Shown one piece after another: positions 10,116 through 19,492 of a stretch of DNA of 64,000 bases. The position numbers were made by a program, and so were the translations under genes. How positions within the stretch are numbered: the stretch's first letter is position 1; each line of letters opens with the position of its first letter. A model generated the notes under the pieces. The model had not been told where the DNA came from and made no database searches. It was given only the letters and a program-made list of their open reading frames with translations. The stretch is from Ignisphaera sp. (GTDB lineage Archaea; Thermoproteota; Thermoprotei_A; Sulfolobales; Ignisphaeraceae): assembly GCA_038889075.1 (NCBI GenBank), contig JAWAHS010000001.1:32001-96000 (forward strand), in the 5' to 3' direction.

Positions 10116-10640
10116 TCATCGCGATTTAAAGGTTCTCGAACATTTAATGAAGTCATCCATGTAGTGTTGCAGTATTGTTTTTAATGTACCCAGTATATCT
10201 AATAGCAAACTTTTTCTGGCTATAATACTATCAACTTCATTTAATGACAAAACTTCTTTTAACGAATTTATATGGTACTCTATTGCATTGCTGTATAAGC
10301 TAATGCTCTTATCATTGAAGCTTACATGCATACCTGCACCATTATAAGCTATAGTTACCCTTGGTTCAAACCTTACTAATGAAATATGATTGTGATCTTC
10401 CGTATAAAACCATTGAAAACATATCCTACCACTTTTCACATTCATGTAAGCACTATCAAGCATTGAAGCATTGCTTAGGAATTTTCTCAAGGATGATACA
10501 AGTGACATTAATTCAGATAAAACTTGAATGTATTCTTTACTAGCCTCTTCCCTTACTGCTCTATCTACTCTTTCATCTACTTCCTTATACAGATTGTTAA
10601 CGTATTGCAACATACTATTTGATATGTTCAATATTAGCAC
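10116..10640 (-). CDS. Hypothetical protein
   Basis: 174-aa ORF with SD-like AGGTG and an upstream TATA-like tract. Confidence 0.7.
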   Translation of the reverse strand: MLILNISNSMLQYVNNLYKEVDERVDRAVREEASKEYIQVLSELMSLVSSLRKFLSNASMLDSAYMNVKSGRICFQWFYTEDHNHISLVRFEPRVTIAYNGAGMHVSFNDKSISLYSNAIEYHINSLKEVLSLNEVDSIIARKSLLLDILGTLKTILQHYMDDFIKCSRTFKSR

Positions 10641-10834
10641 CTAAAGATACTTTAAGATATGCGCTTATTAATTTATAGTAACGATTGAACATGGTGCACG
10701 ATCATTATTCGAATTAAAAATAGTATTAAAAATGATTTTTCTCTTACTATGAAGTTGGCAACATTCTCTAATAAATAATCTTATGATACTAAACCTCTTG
10801 TTAGAGGTGTATTATAATAAATTCTATTTAGTGA

Positions 10835-11131
10835 CTACAGTTGTTTGGTATACATCGTTTTGTATTTTAATCTTGAAGATATAACACAATAGAAGCAGAT
10901 TCGGCGAACTTCATCTACTTCAACAGAACAATTGTGGCATATTTTTCGGCCACATATACTGCATCTTGCTATTGATAGGTTATCATTACAAACATTGCAT
11001 GTGCTCTCTCTACATATAGTGCAACGTTTATTATAGTTGTCAAAATGGTTTTTGCAGACATATCTATTGCATATTGGACATCTAAATTCTGCAGGTAATT
11101 CATCGCATATTTCGCAAATTTTAGCATACAT
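10835..11131 (-). CDS. Multi-CxxC zinc-finger protein
   Basis: Eight CxxC/CxxH pairs in 98 aa, arranged as two repeats. Confidence 0.8.
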   Translation of the reverse strand: MYAKICEICDELPAEFRCPICNRYVCKNHFDNYNKRCTICRESTCNVCNDNLSIARCSICGRKICHNCSVEVDEVRRICFYCVISSRLKYKTMYTKQL

Positions 11132-11162
11132 ATTTAATACCTTTCGAACACTAACTTAGTTT

Positions 11163-11216
11163 GGGATGACCTTAGGAGCACCTCTGAATAAAAATGATGC
11201 TAGGTGGAGCGACGGG
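11163..11216 (+). ncRNA. Possible degenerate box C/D sRNA
   Basis: GGGATGA, D' CTGA 11184-87 and C' ATGATGC 11194-200 in a GC-rich intergenic stretch; no canonical terminal D box. Confidence 0.3.
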
Positions 11217-11221
11217 GACCG

Positions 11222-11554
11222 TTAAACTATCTTTATGTTTACATTGGTTTCTCTAGAAAACTCTTCTATGAAAGGATCTTCATGAGATCCATATATTGAG
11301 TTACAGGAAGATAGTATTTTCACTAATCGGTGCTGTTTTTCTTCGATATATATACGTATTCCAATATCTATGTATTTAGTAAAGGCATCTCTGTATTTAA
11401 AAACATCCTTTATGCTGTTACTATAAAATATTATGTTAATGAAGGTTGCTCCCCGTCTTCTCGCTTCCAGCACTACAGTATTTATCAACGTCATTAGAAC
11501 TTCTATTGGTATTTTATCGGAGGTTAATATACACATCAATGCTGCCATACCCAC
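11222..11554 (-). CDS. Hypothetical alpha/beta protein overlapping the cysS 3' end
   Basis: 110-aa ORF with a 19-nt overlap with cysS. Confidence 0.7.
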   Translation of the reverse strand: MGMAALMCILTSDKIPIEVLMTLINTVVLEARRRGATFINIIFYSNSIKDVFKYRDAFTKYIDIGIRIYIEEKQHRLVKILSSCNSIYGSHEDPFIEEFSRETNVNIKIV

Positions 11555-12966
11555 TTGCTTCCATTTTTGTAGTCCAGCACCTTTACACCTATATTTAAGA
11601 GTTCATTTCTTATTTTGTCACTAAGTTCATATTCTTTTCTTTTCCTTAATTCAGTTCTTATGTTTATTATAAGTTCTATTAGTTTTTCAATAACCTCTGA
11701 GTTTACTTGAGAGCTATCTATAAAGTATTTGTCTAGTACTCCCAGTATTCTATTGAAGTTCCAGAGGATATGATATGCTCTGGAAGCGAGGATGTAGTTT
11801 TCTCTATGTTCAATACTCTTAAATATGAGTGATATAAGCCTGTGCACAGACTCTAAGGCTTTTGATGTATTGAAATCATCACTCATTGCATTATAAAATG
11901 ATATGTTTATATCTTCAAGGCTTCTTAATACTTCAAGATCAGATTCCTTAAGGCTAAATATTTGATGTGAAGATTTAACCATCTTTCTTAATGTTTCAAT
12001 AGCAAGAACAAGCCTTTCATAGACATTCTTATAATTTTCCATAACATTTTCATTGAATTCTAACTGTTTTCTATAATGGGCAGAAAAGACCCATAGGCGA
12101 ATCACCTCTGGACCCCAGCGCTTAATAGCCTCCTTGGCCAATACTATATTTCCTAAACTTTTGCTCATCTTTTCACCTCTTATTGTTAGATAGCCTATAT
12201 GAACCCAGTATTTCACCCAGGGTTTTACCCCAAAAGCACTCTCAGCCATAGCTATTTCATTTTCATGGTGTGGAAAAATCAGGTCCTGACCTCCTCCATG
12301 AATATCAAAACGCTCCCCAAGGTATTTCGTACTCATCACGGTGCATTCAGTGTGCCATCCAGGTCTACCACGCCCCCATGGCGAATTCCACCATGGTTCT
12401 CCAGGTTTTGCCGCTTTCCATAATGCAAAATCATAGGGATTCCTCTTTTCAGCGAGAAATTCTTCCTCTTGGCGCCACTCCTCTGCATTGAACCTTTTCG
12501 ACAGTTTTCCATAGTCCTCTAACATAGAAATGTCAAAATATACGGAACCGCTTTGAGTAACATAAGCATATCCCTTGTTAATTAAGACTTGAATGAATTT
12601 TATAATCTCCTCTATATGTTCAGAAACGCGAGGATGTACATCTATTTTGATGTTGAGATCCTGTAAAACGTCCAGATATTCTTTTGCGAATCTATCTGAG
12701 ATTTCCTTCCACGTAACTCCTTCATCCAGAGCTCTTTTTATTATCTTATCATCTATATCGGTAATATTTTGAACGTGTATTACATCATAGCCATTTAACT
12801 GTAGATATCTCTTTATAAAATCAAATGCTAGGTACGCTCTTACATGCCCTAGATGTGTATAATCGTATACTGTAGGTCCACAGAAGTATACCTTTACTAT
12901 AGGTGGTGTAATCGGTTCAAATACCTCCTCTGTACGGGATAGTGTATTATACAGCTTTATTGGCAC
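11536..12966 (-). CDS. cysS: Cysteinyl-tRNA synthetase
   Basis: CGPTVYD, HLGH, DFALWK, GRPGWHTEC, HGGGQDLIFPHHENE, KMSKS. Confidence 0.97.
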   Translation of the reverse strand: MPIKLYNTLSRTEEVFEPITPPIVKVYFCGPTVYDYTHLGHVRAYLAFDFIKRYLQLNGYDVIHVQNITDIDDKIIKRALDEGVTWKEISDRFAKEYLDVLQDLNIKIDVHPRVSEHIEEIIKFIQVLINKGYAYVTQSGSVYFDISMLEDYGKLSKRFNAEEWRQEEEFLAEKRNPYDFALWKAAKPGEPWWNSPWGRGRPGWHTECTVMSTKYLGERFDIHGGGQDLIFPHHENEIAMAESAFGVKPWVKYWVHIGYLTIRGEKMSKSLGNIVLAKEAIKRWGPEVIRLWVFSAHYRKQLEFNENVMENYKNVYERLVLAIETLRKMVKSSHQIFSLKESDLEVLRSLEDINISFYNAMSDDFNTSKALESVHRLISLIFKSIEHRENYILASRAYHILWNFNRILGVLDKYFIDSSQVNSEVIEKLIELIINIRTELRKRKEYELSDKIRNELLNIGVKVLDYKNGSKWVWQH

Positions 12967-13109
12967 AAATGTTCATCACCATAATATACTATAATTGCTA
13001 TAAATTAAAACTTTATGCTAAATAGCTACTAAAACACACTCTTAATAATGAGCATCGTATATAATTAGCTTATTAAATTCCTTACAATAAATATTACAGG
13101 ATATGTGGG

Positions 13110-13541
13110 GTGGCCCTAGTGAATCAATACTATTCGATAAAAAGAAGAGGCGTAGCTATAGTGAATGAGAGATTTGAGGGCAGGAGTTTAGAGGTTCATG
13201 TCGTTAATGGAGAAAAGCTTATGGGGGTAGTTGATGAAGTGGCACTATACGAATTAGGGATGTCGATTGAAAATACTCCGACAATAATCTCTAGGAATTC
13301 CATACTATACGTTGTTACAGGTTTAAGCGATATACATGGTATGGGGGAGTGTTGTGAAAAAGAATATGTTCTGGATGAAGAGTTCATAGGATCAGATGTT
13401 CTTACAAAACTTGTTAATGGAAACGAAATTGAAGGACGTTTAATAAAGATAACAAGAGATGAAGTAGGTCTAGCACAAGGCAATAAGGCTGTTATAATAC
13501 CCAGGAGAAGCATCCTATATTTGAAGATATTAGGGAGATGA
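13110..13541 (+). CDS. Tandem Sm/Hfq-like domain protein (true start probably GTG 13161)
   Basis: Two internal repeats, FEGRSLEVHVVNGEKLMG..ISRNSILYV and FIGSDVLTKLVNGNEIEG..IPRRSILYL, each with Sm1/Sm2 spacing of the short-loop Hfq type. Confidence 0.65.
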   Translation: MALVNQYYSIKRRGVAIVNERFEGRSLEVHVVNGEKLMGVVDEVALYELGMSIENTPTIISRNSILYVVTGLSDIHGMGECCEKEYVLDEEFIGSDVLTKLVNGNEIEGRLIKITRDEVGLAQGNKAVIIPRRSILYLKILGR

Positions 13542-14095
13542 CATTGAATTTTAATATCATTATAACATGCGAACCCGGCAGGGAGAATATAGATTGGGCA
13601 TTTTCACAGATTAATAGCTGTATTGGAACTTCGTACATTGTTGTAAAAGTTAGATCTTCACTTATCTTAATAAATATCGCAGATCCCTATTCCACATGGT
13701 ATAAACTGAAATCATGCCTATACGGAAAAGATACTCCGATACACCGGGTTATACCAGTAGATAGTGTAGTGGAACCTATAATTGATAGAATAGTAGAGGA
13801 AGCTCAAAAATACGCATTAGCTAGAATACCTCAGAATGCCTCCTTCAGAATAACATTACATGGCAAGGTATATTCTATTAATGAAAGGAAAAGGCTTGTG
13901 AAGCTTTCCAGCATTGAAGCTATAAAGATGATAGCTGAGGGTATTGACCGTAGGGTAGATTTAGAGAATCCGGACTGGGTTATCTACGTAAGATCAGTAC
14001 CAATAAGGAGATGGAGTGTAGTGACAGCTATAAGTGTTGCTAAATCTATAGTATTCAAAAACATAAGAATTGGAGAGCCTGCAAATCCTTTATAA
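13538..14095 (+). CDS. Stand-alone THUMP domain protein
   Basis: IHRVIPVD, SFRITL, RRVDLENPDWVIYV; ATGA overlap with the upstream gene. Confidence 0.88.
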   Translation: MTLNFNIIITCEPGRENIDWAFSQINSCIGTSYIVVKVRSSLILINIADPYSTWYKLKSCLYGKDTPIHRVIPVDSVVEPIIDRIVEEAQKYALARIPQNASFRITLHGKVYSINERKRLVKLSSIEAIKMIAEGIDRRVDLENPDWVIYVRSVPIRRWSVVTAISVAKSIVFKNIRIGEPANPL

Positions 14096-14326
14096 AAATG
14101 GAGTATATGTTTGTATACCACCAAATCTTGTTTCTCTAGATGAAATTTTTAACGTGAATATACCTACTAAGATAAATGTTATCGCTATTATAGTAAGTAA
14201 CAGTACTAGCGGTGTAATGCTACCTAATGGAGCAAATACTATTCTCAGTATAGATGTTTGATCTAGACTATGATTAGGTGTTAGAGGATTTGGCACCCTC
14301 CATGGTACGTCAATATTGCTACTCAT
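14090..14326 (-). CDS. Small membrane protein
   Basis: One long TM segment; ATGA-type overlap with the upstream minus-strand gene. Confidence 0.5.
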   Translation of the reverse strand: MSSNIDVPWRVPNPLTPNHSLDQTSILRIVFAPLGSITPLVLLLTIIAITFILVGIFTLKISSRETRFGGIQTYTPFL

Positions 14327-15018
14327 TTCTGAAACCCATGTTTCTGTATAACTGTTTCAGCTCTATTAATATCAGCTACATAGAGTCTATATATTTGCTT
14401 GGTTCTTCTATCATAAATGTCGATGAAACTCCTTTTATGATTTATTGCAACCTCATATCGATTTGTATCTATAGGAAAGAGTATAGTAATAGAACCCGAT
14501 TTTATACCTCCACTTCTAATCTCATAGCTATTAAGGGGGACGAGCATTCTTTTAGGCATGAAGAAATATGTTACGATTCTCATTAATCCAATCAGAACAC
14601 CATAGAATACTAGATATCGTATAAACAATTCAGATTTAGCTATTAAATTACGTGATACTGGGACGATATATGGAAAAACTGTATAGGAGGCTATAATCCA
14701 TATAACTATCGACAGAGGTAGTAATGCTAAAGATGCAATTACCTGTGGTTTTATCTCTTTATCTATTTCTTGATCTTTCATCATAATTTTTGCAACCTCC
14801 TGACGATCAGCTTTTAATAGAATTGCCCCCTTTACATCACCATATCTTCTTTTCGATAATATGCGTGGTAATGCCATTGATAGGGACATAAATATCATTG
14901 TATAGAGTAGAAATACTACCCATATAAAATCCTGGGGTATGAAAGTGGACACAAATGCGAAGAATACAATTGATATAAGTGTCACCAATATCGTTAAGAT
15001 TCTATTTCTATCCATCAT
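14323..15018 (-). CDS. Crenarchaeal membrane protein (DUF2208-like)
   Basis: Four TM segments plus a soluble C-terminal beta domain; MMKDQEIDKE motif. Confidence 0.7.
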   Translation of the reverse strand: MMDRNRILTILVTLISIVFFAFVSTFIPQDFIWVVFLLYTMIFMSLSMALPRILSKRRYGDVKGAILLKADRQEVAKIMMKDQEIDKEIKPQVIASLALLPLSIVIWIIASYTVFPYIVPVSRNLIAKSELFIRYLVFYGVLIGLMRIVTYFFMPKRMLVPLNSYEIRSGGIKSGSITILFPIDTNRYEVAINHKRSFIDIYDRRTKQIYRLYVADINRAETVIQKHGFQK

Positions 15019-15076
15019 TTTACTAACCTATTTCAGTTAGGTAAATATGATATGGTGTAGATATTTAAAAATTAGT

Positions 15077-15289
15077 TTACCTTATATACTTAACTCTACT
15101 TATAAGTAGCTTATCACTATCTAACCTTGCATCTAGCTGTTCAATTTTTTCTTTATGACGACATGTAGTACAAACATAACTATAGGATACTATAGACCTT
15201 CTTTCTCTATATTCAGCCTCTATAACGAGTCGAAGTTCGCTGCCACACCTTGGGCAGGGATTTGCTGGAAGGAGTCTATGTTCTAACAT
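15077..15289 (-). CDS. Small zinc-ribbon protein
   Basis: CPRCG...CTTC; GAGGT SD. Confidence 0.75.
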   Translation of the reverse strand: MLEHRLLPANPCPRCGSELRLVIEAEYRERRSIVSYSYVCTTCRHKEKIEQLDARLDSDKLLISRVKYIR

Positions 15290-15536
15290 TATCTGGCAAC
15301 CTCTATTTTTATTATTACGATTATTGATGTTTATCAGGTCTCTGCTAGCTCTCCAGTAATAGTAAGCTACAGACAGTTCAAAAACTTTTTGTGGCTAATG
15401 AAATAGATCATATTACGGTTCTACAAATCTACGACGAATATGATGAGCACAAATAAATCTTAGAAATTAGAAAACAATAGGATTCTCCTTTGCATCTTTT
15501 TAGGATAAGAGGAGATTGTAATAGAATGTAGAATGT

Positions 15537-16535
15537 TTATAAGGTACTATTGGCAGAAAGAGTATCAGTAGCTGCTATTTTCATATTATTAATTAATTTG
15601 TCATGAATTATACAAAGTTCTGCAGCATTCATATCTTTTATCTTTTTGCTGTATTCTACAAGCCATGCAAAACCATTGCATTCTGAAAGTGTATCTGCAA
15701 AATAATGAACTATCCATGCATTTATAATGGCTCTTCCACGGAAGGTTGATAGCATTTCATCTAGATTATCCACATATGGAAATCTCGTTTCCGTAAGTGC
15801 TTTTAGTAGAATTTCCCAGTCTTGTATAGTTAAATCCTTTCTGCCAAAGGAAGCTTTACCATTTCCAACATATCTTTCACCACGTCCTGGTATGATTATC
15901 TTTCCGTAGGCTGCCTTTGTTCTCCATGAACTAGAATCTAGTGAATACACGTTTAGAGTTTTTAACACATTATACATAGTAGAGGTACCTCCTACCCCTA
16001 GTGCATGCACTTTTCCTCTAAATGTCTTTGAGATTATAGTAAGTGCCACTATTGGCACTACCCTACTTCCCTTACCATTCTTAGCAAGAGTAGGAGGGAC
16101 AATACCGCCAAATGCGATTAACTCAACACCATATCTTTTATAAGTATCGATTGCTTCTAGCATGCTATAGCAGTCATAACAGTGAATTACGGGGATTATT
16201 TTTTTATCCTCTAGCTTTGTGTACAGTACTTCAAAATTTTTAATATTTTCTAAAAGTTGCTGTCTTGTTATTAAGCAAAATTGTCTTGGAGGAATATCGA
16301 GTGATATATATATATCTGCATCGAGAATACCATACTTTTTAATGACATCTTCTAAGGCAATCTTTAGTCCTCTAATCATTATTTGATATCCACCTGAATC
16401 AACCCACATACTTGAAACATTTGGTTTCGGCCATCTCCATCTTAAGCTATTTACCATGACATCTATATCTTGTATGTATTCCCAAAGTTTTATCATTGTA
16501 TCAGGAATTCCAAAAACTATTCTTGGACTCGCCAT
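15537..16535 (-). CDS. tRNA-guanine transglycosylase (TGT) family paralog
   Basis: WVDSGGYQ, SLDIPP, IPVIH, AFGG, VHALG, SLDSSSW. No CxCxxC zinc site and no PUA domain. Start set at ATG 16535. Confidence 0.85.
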   Translation of the reverse strand: MASPRIVFGIPDTMIKLWEYIQDIDVMVNSLRWRWPKPNVSSMWVDSGGYQIMIRGLKIALEDVIKKYGILDADIYISLDIPPRQFCLITRQQLLENIKNFEVLYTKLEDKKIIPVIHCYDCYSMLEAIDTYKRYGVELIAFGGIVPPTLAKNGKGSRVVPIVALTIISKTFRGKVHALGVGGTSTMYNVLKTLNVYSLDSSSWRTKAAYGKIIIPGRGERYVGNGKASFGRKDLTIQDWEILLKALTETRFPYVDNLDEMLSTFRGRAIINAWIVHYFADTLSECNGFAWLVEYSKKIKDMNAAELCIIHDKLINNMKIAATDTLSANSTL

Positions 16536-16654
16536 TGCAATACCATTCCCACCATCAATTCTATTTATATACATATTCACTATTAGTCTTTGTATCCGCA
16601 AATATATTTAAGGGGCTATACACATCACATTACTATAGTGGTGTCTCTAAGGAA

Positions 16655-17626
16655 ATGAAAGACCATCTACTGAAATTAGCAAAATTAGTTAAGCGTCACC
16701 CGGGTTCACTACTAACTTTCTACGATGATGCTGGAGACTTAACTTATAATTCAACACGGCTTCTTGTTAAGGTCGATGGTTTTGCATTTTCGAGGGCTCG
16801 ATATAGATGGTGTAGCTATAGAGATGTAGGATTTAGAGCTGTTACGGCCGCGGTTAGTGACGTCATCGCTAAAGGTTGTAAACCGGCAATCTATGCTTTA
16901 TCGATAGGATTGGCAAGGGACTCAATTAATGAACTAGAAAATGTTATAAAGGGTGCTACAGACGCCATTGCTGTGTATGGAGGCTATATCGCTAACATAG
17001 ATACAAATTCCGGTAATGATGATTGGATAGACGTATTCGTTCTTGCTGATTGCAGATGTGTACCTATACCTAGAATGGTTAGACCGCAGAGCGTGCTCCT
17101 ACTTCCCCGTAGGATTGGTGATACGGTCATAGCTTACATATCCCATTATAGTAATGATATTAGTAGTCTTAGTGAAAATGTTATTGAAGTGTCATGCAGA
17201 CCGTTGGTGGAATTAAAACTTGTAGAAATTATTGAAAAATATAGGGAATGCATTGTCGGTTCAATAGATGTAAGTGATACATTTGCTGAAACACTCTACG
17301 ATCTTATGAAAGCTTCGGGATACGGAATTCTATTAAATATACCACCCTACAATATTGCGTCCTACAGTCTTCTTAATTTTTACTATACTAATAGAGATTA
17401 TTACAATGATATAACAGAACTCATCTTAATGGCAAATGAAGAATACATTCCGATGCTAGCAGTCAATGAGTGGTGCGTCGATGAGTTGGTTCTATCACTT
17501 GCATCAGTAGGATTTGAACCAAAGATATTAGGTTATGGAACAGTAGGAAGAGAAATCACTTGGATGGGGAGAAAGGTTCTGGAAATTAGTTGGGATCACA
17601 TATCTTCAAAAATAATCTATAGATAA
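16655..17626 (+). CDS. thiL: PurM/AIR-synthase-related protein, thiamine-monophosphate kinase-like
   Basis: DDAG, KVDG, GFRAVTAAVSDVIAKG, SIDVSD, NEEY; divergent. Start moved to ATG 16655. Confidence 0.7.
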   Translation: MKDHLLKLAKLVKRHPGSLLTFYDDAGDLTYNSTRLLVKVDGFAFSRARYRWCSYRDVGFRAVTAAVSDVIAKGCKPAIYALSIGLARDSINELENVIKGATDAIAVYGGYIANIDTNSGNDDWIDVFVLADCRCVPIPRMVRPQSVLLLPRRIGDTVIAYISHYSNDISSLSENVIEVSCRPLVELKLVEIIEKYRECIVGSIDVSDTFAETLYDLMKASGYGILLNIPPYNIASYSLLNFYYTNRDYYNDITELILMANEEYIPMLAVNEWCVDELVLSLASVGFEPKILGYGTVGREITWMGRKVLEISWDHISSKIIYR

Positions 17627-17713
17627 GTCTATGATGTTTTACTACCGATAGTGTTATATATTGCTTCCATTACTGATTATTAATAGAGTTAAGATGCTTA
17701 AAAGGTGCTATGA

Positions 17714-19477
17714 TTGTCTGATCAACCACTAATTGTAGCCCAATTCAATAAATTTGACAGAACTGTAAATGTTGGTAGAAGATCAATCCATGTTGGTGGT
17801 CGATTACCACAAGTAAAACACAATGAAAAAATTTTAAGGTATACTTCATCACTTTGTCCGAATTGTTTTAGAGTTCTACCTGCGATAATAGTTGAAAAGG
17901 AGAATACATTATTTATTAGACGTATATGTCCAGAGCACGGGGAAATCGAGGAGATATATTTTGCCGATTCTGAAATGGCTAAACGTTTTGAAAAGTTTAG
18001 TTTTGAAGGCAGCGGTATTGATAATCCATATACTGCTGCGACAGCTCCTTGTCCATTTAATTGTGGTTTATGTCCTTTACACAAGACCCATACGGCACTA
18101 TTAAATATTGTTGTAACGAATAGGTGTGACTTGAGCTGCTGGTATTGTTTTTATTTTGCAGAAAAGGCAGGATATGTCTATGAGCCATCTATTGACGATA
18201 TTATTAAAATGGTTGAAGCATTGAATAAACAAAGAGATATTGCAGTTGCTGTCCAGCTTACTGGTGGCGAGCCTACTCTACGTGAGGATTTAATAGACAT
18301 AGTCAGAATATTAAGAAGGTTGGGTGTGACACATATACAGCTTAATACACATGGCATAAGATTCGCAGATCTCTACCTAAAAGATCCTGAAAAAGCAATA
18401 GATTATGCTAAGAGCTTGAGAAGTGCTGGTGTCAACACCATATACTTGAGCTTTGATGGAGTAACACCAGCAACGAATCCAAAAAACCATTGGGAATTAC
18501 CGTATATACTAGAGGTCTTTAGAGCTAGTAATATGACTAGCGTTGTCTTTGTGCCTACAGTGATAAAATCGGTTAATGATGATGAACTTGGGGATATAAT
18601 AAAGATTGCTGCATACAATATGGATATTGTAAGAGGTGTAAACTTTCAACCTGTAAGCCTTGTTGGTATGATGCGTAAACAGGAAAGAGCTAGATTTAGA
18701 ATAACAATACCAGAGGTTATTAAGCTGATTGAGGATCAAACAGATGGTGAGATACCATATACGTCGTGGTATCCTGTGGGGGCTGCTGTACCTATAGCTA
18801 GATTTCTTACACTTTTAGGTACATCTAAACGTGCAGAATTTACAACAAGCCCAATGTGTGGAGCAGCAACATATGTATATGTGAAAAGAGGATCTGATGG
18901 TATACACTTCGTTCCAATAACAAATCTTATTGATGCTGATGGACTGCTCGATTATTTAGAAAAGAGATATGAAAGCTTAGCCAATAAACCTAAACTACTT
19001 ATAAGAATGCTAGGTCTTGCAAGTATAATAAAAATCTTAAATAAGTACATATTATGGGATCGAGTACCCGATGAAATTAAGGCTGAGTTGAGAAGCATCA
19101 TTCTTGATATATTTATACATAGAAACTATTCTGCACTAGGAAAATTCCATTACAAGTTTCTCTTCTTAGGCATGATGCACTTCATGGACGAGTGGAATTA
19201 TGATGTTGAAAGAGTTATGAGATGTGCTGTACATTACGCTCTTCCAGATGGTCGGATAATACCATTCTGTGCATTCAATATCATAAACGATATTTATAGA
19301 GATTCACCTCAAAAAACTTACGGTATTTCGATAGAAGATTATATAAAGAAGCATGGCGAGAAATCTATATATGAACAAAAATATGTTAGAACAAAAGAAT
19401 TGATAGAGAAAATGGCAAGTAGTGAAATATATAAACAGTTCTATCATCCTGTATATCACAGATTGAAGAATGATTAA
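17714..19477 (+). CDS. tes: Tetraether lipid synthase (GDGT-MAS; MJ0619-family radical SAM)
   Basis: N-terminal SLCPNC..CPEHG, CPFNCGLCPLH, radical SAM CDLSCWYC, GVNFQP, C-terminal RCAVHY..IIPFC. Confidence 0.88.
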   Translation: MSDQPLIVAQFNKFDRTVNVGRRSIHVGGRLPQVKHNEKILRYTSSLCPNCFRVLPAIIVEKENTLFIRRICPEHGEIEEIYFADSEMAKRFEKFSFEGSGIDNPYTAATAPCPFNCGLCPLHKTHTALLNIVVTNRCDLSCWYCFYFAEKAGYVYEPSIDDIIKMVEALNKQRDIAVAVQLTGGEPTLREDLIDIVRILRRLGVTHIQLNTHGIRFADLYLKDPEKAIDYAKSLRSAGVNTIYLSFDGVTPATNPKNHWELPYILEVFRASNMTSVVFVPTVIKSVNDDELGDIIKIAAYNMDIVRGVNFQPVSLVGMMRKQERARFRITIPEVIKLIEDQTDGEIPYTSWYPVGAAVPIARFLTLLGTSKRAEFTTSPMCGAATYVYVKRGSDGIHFVPITNLIDADGLLDYLEKRYESLANKPKLLIRMLGLASIIKILNKYILWDRVPDEIKAELRSIILDIFIHRNYSALGKFHYKFLFLGMMHFMDEWNYDVERVMRCAVHYALPDGRIIPFCAFNIINDIYRDSPQKTYGISIEDYIKKHGEKSIYEQKYVRTKELIEKMASSEIYKQFYHPVYHRLKND

Positions 19478-19492
19478 TATATAATGAATTCT

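Noticed and set aside
15300-15500. ATGATGA at 15440 and short protein-like reading frames
   Set aside because: No properly spaced CTGA boxes; the fragments lack starts and recognisable motifs.
17631-17676. ATGATGT...CTGA C/D-like stretch before tes
   Set aside because: D' and C' are poorly formed and too close; the region more likely holds the tes promoter.
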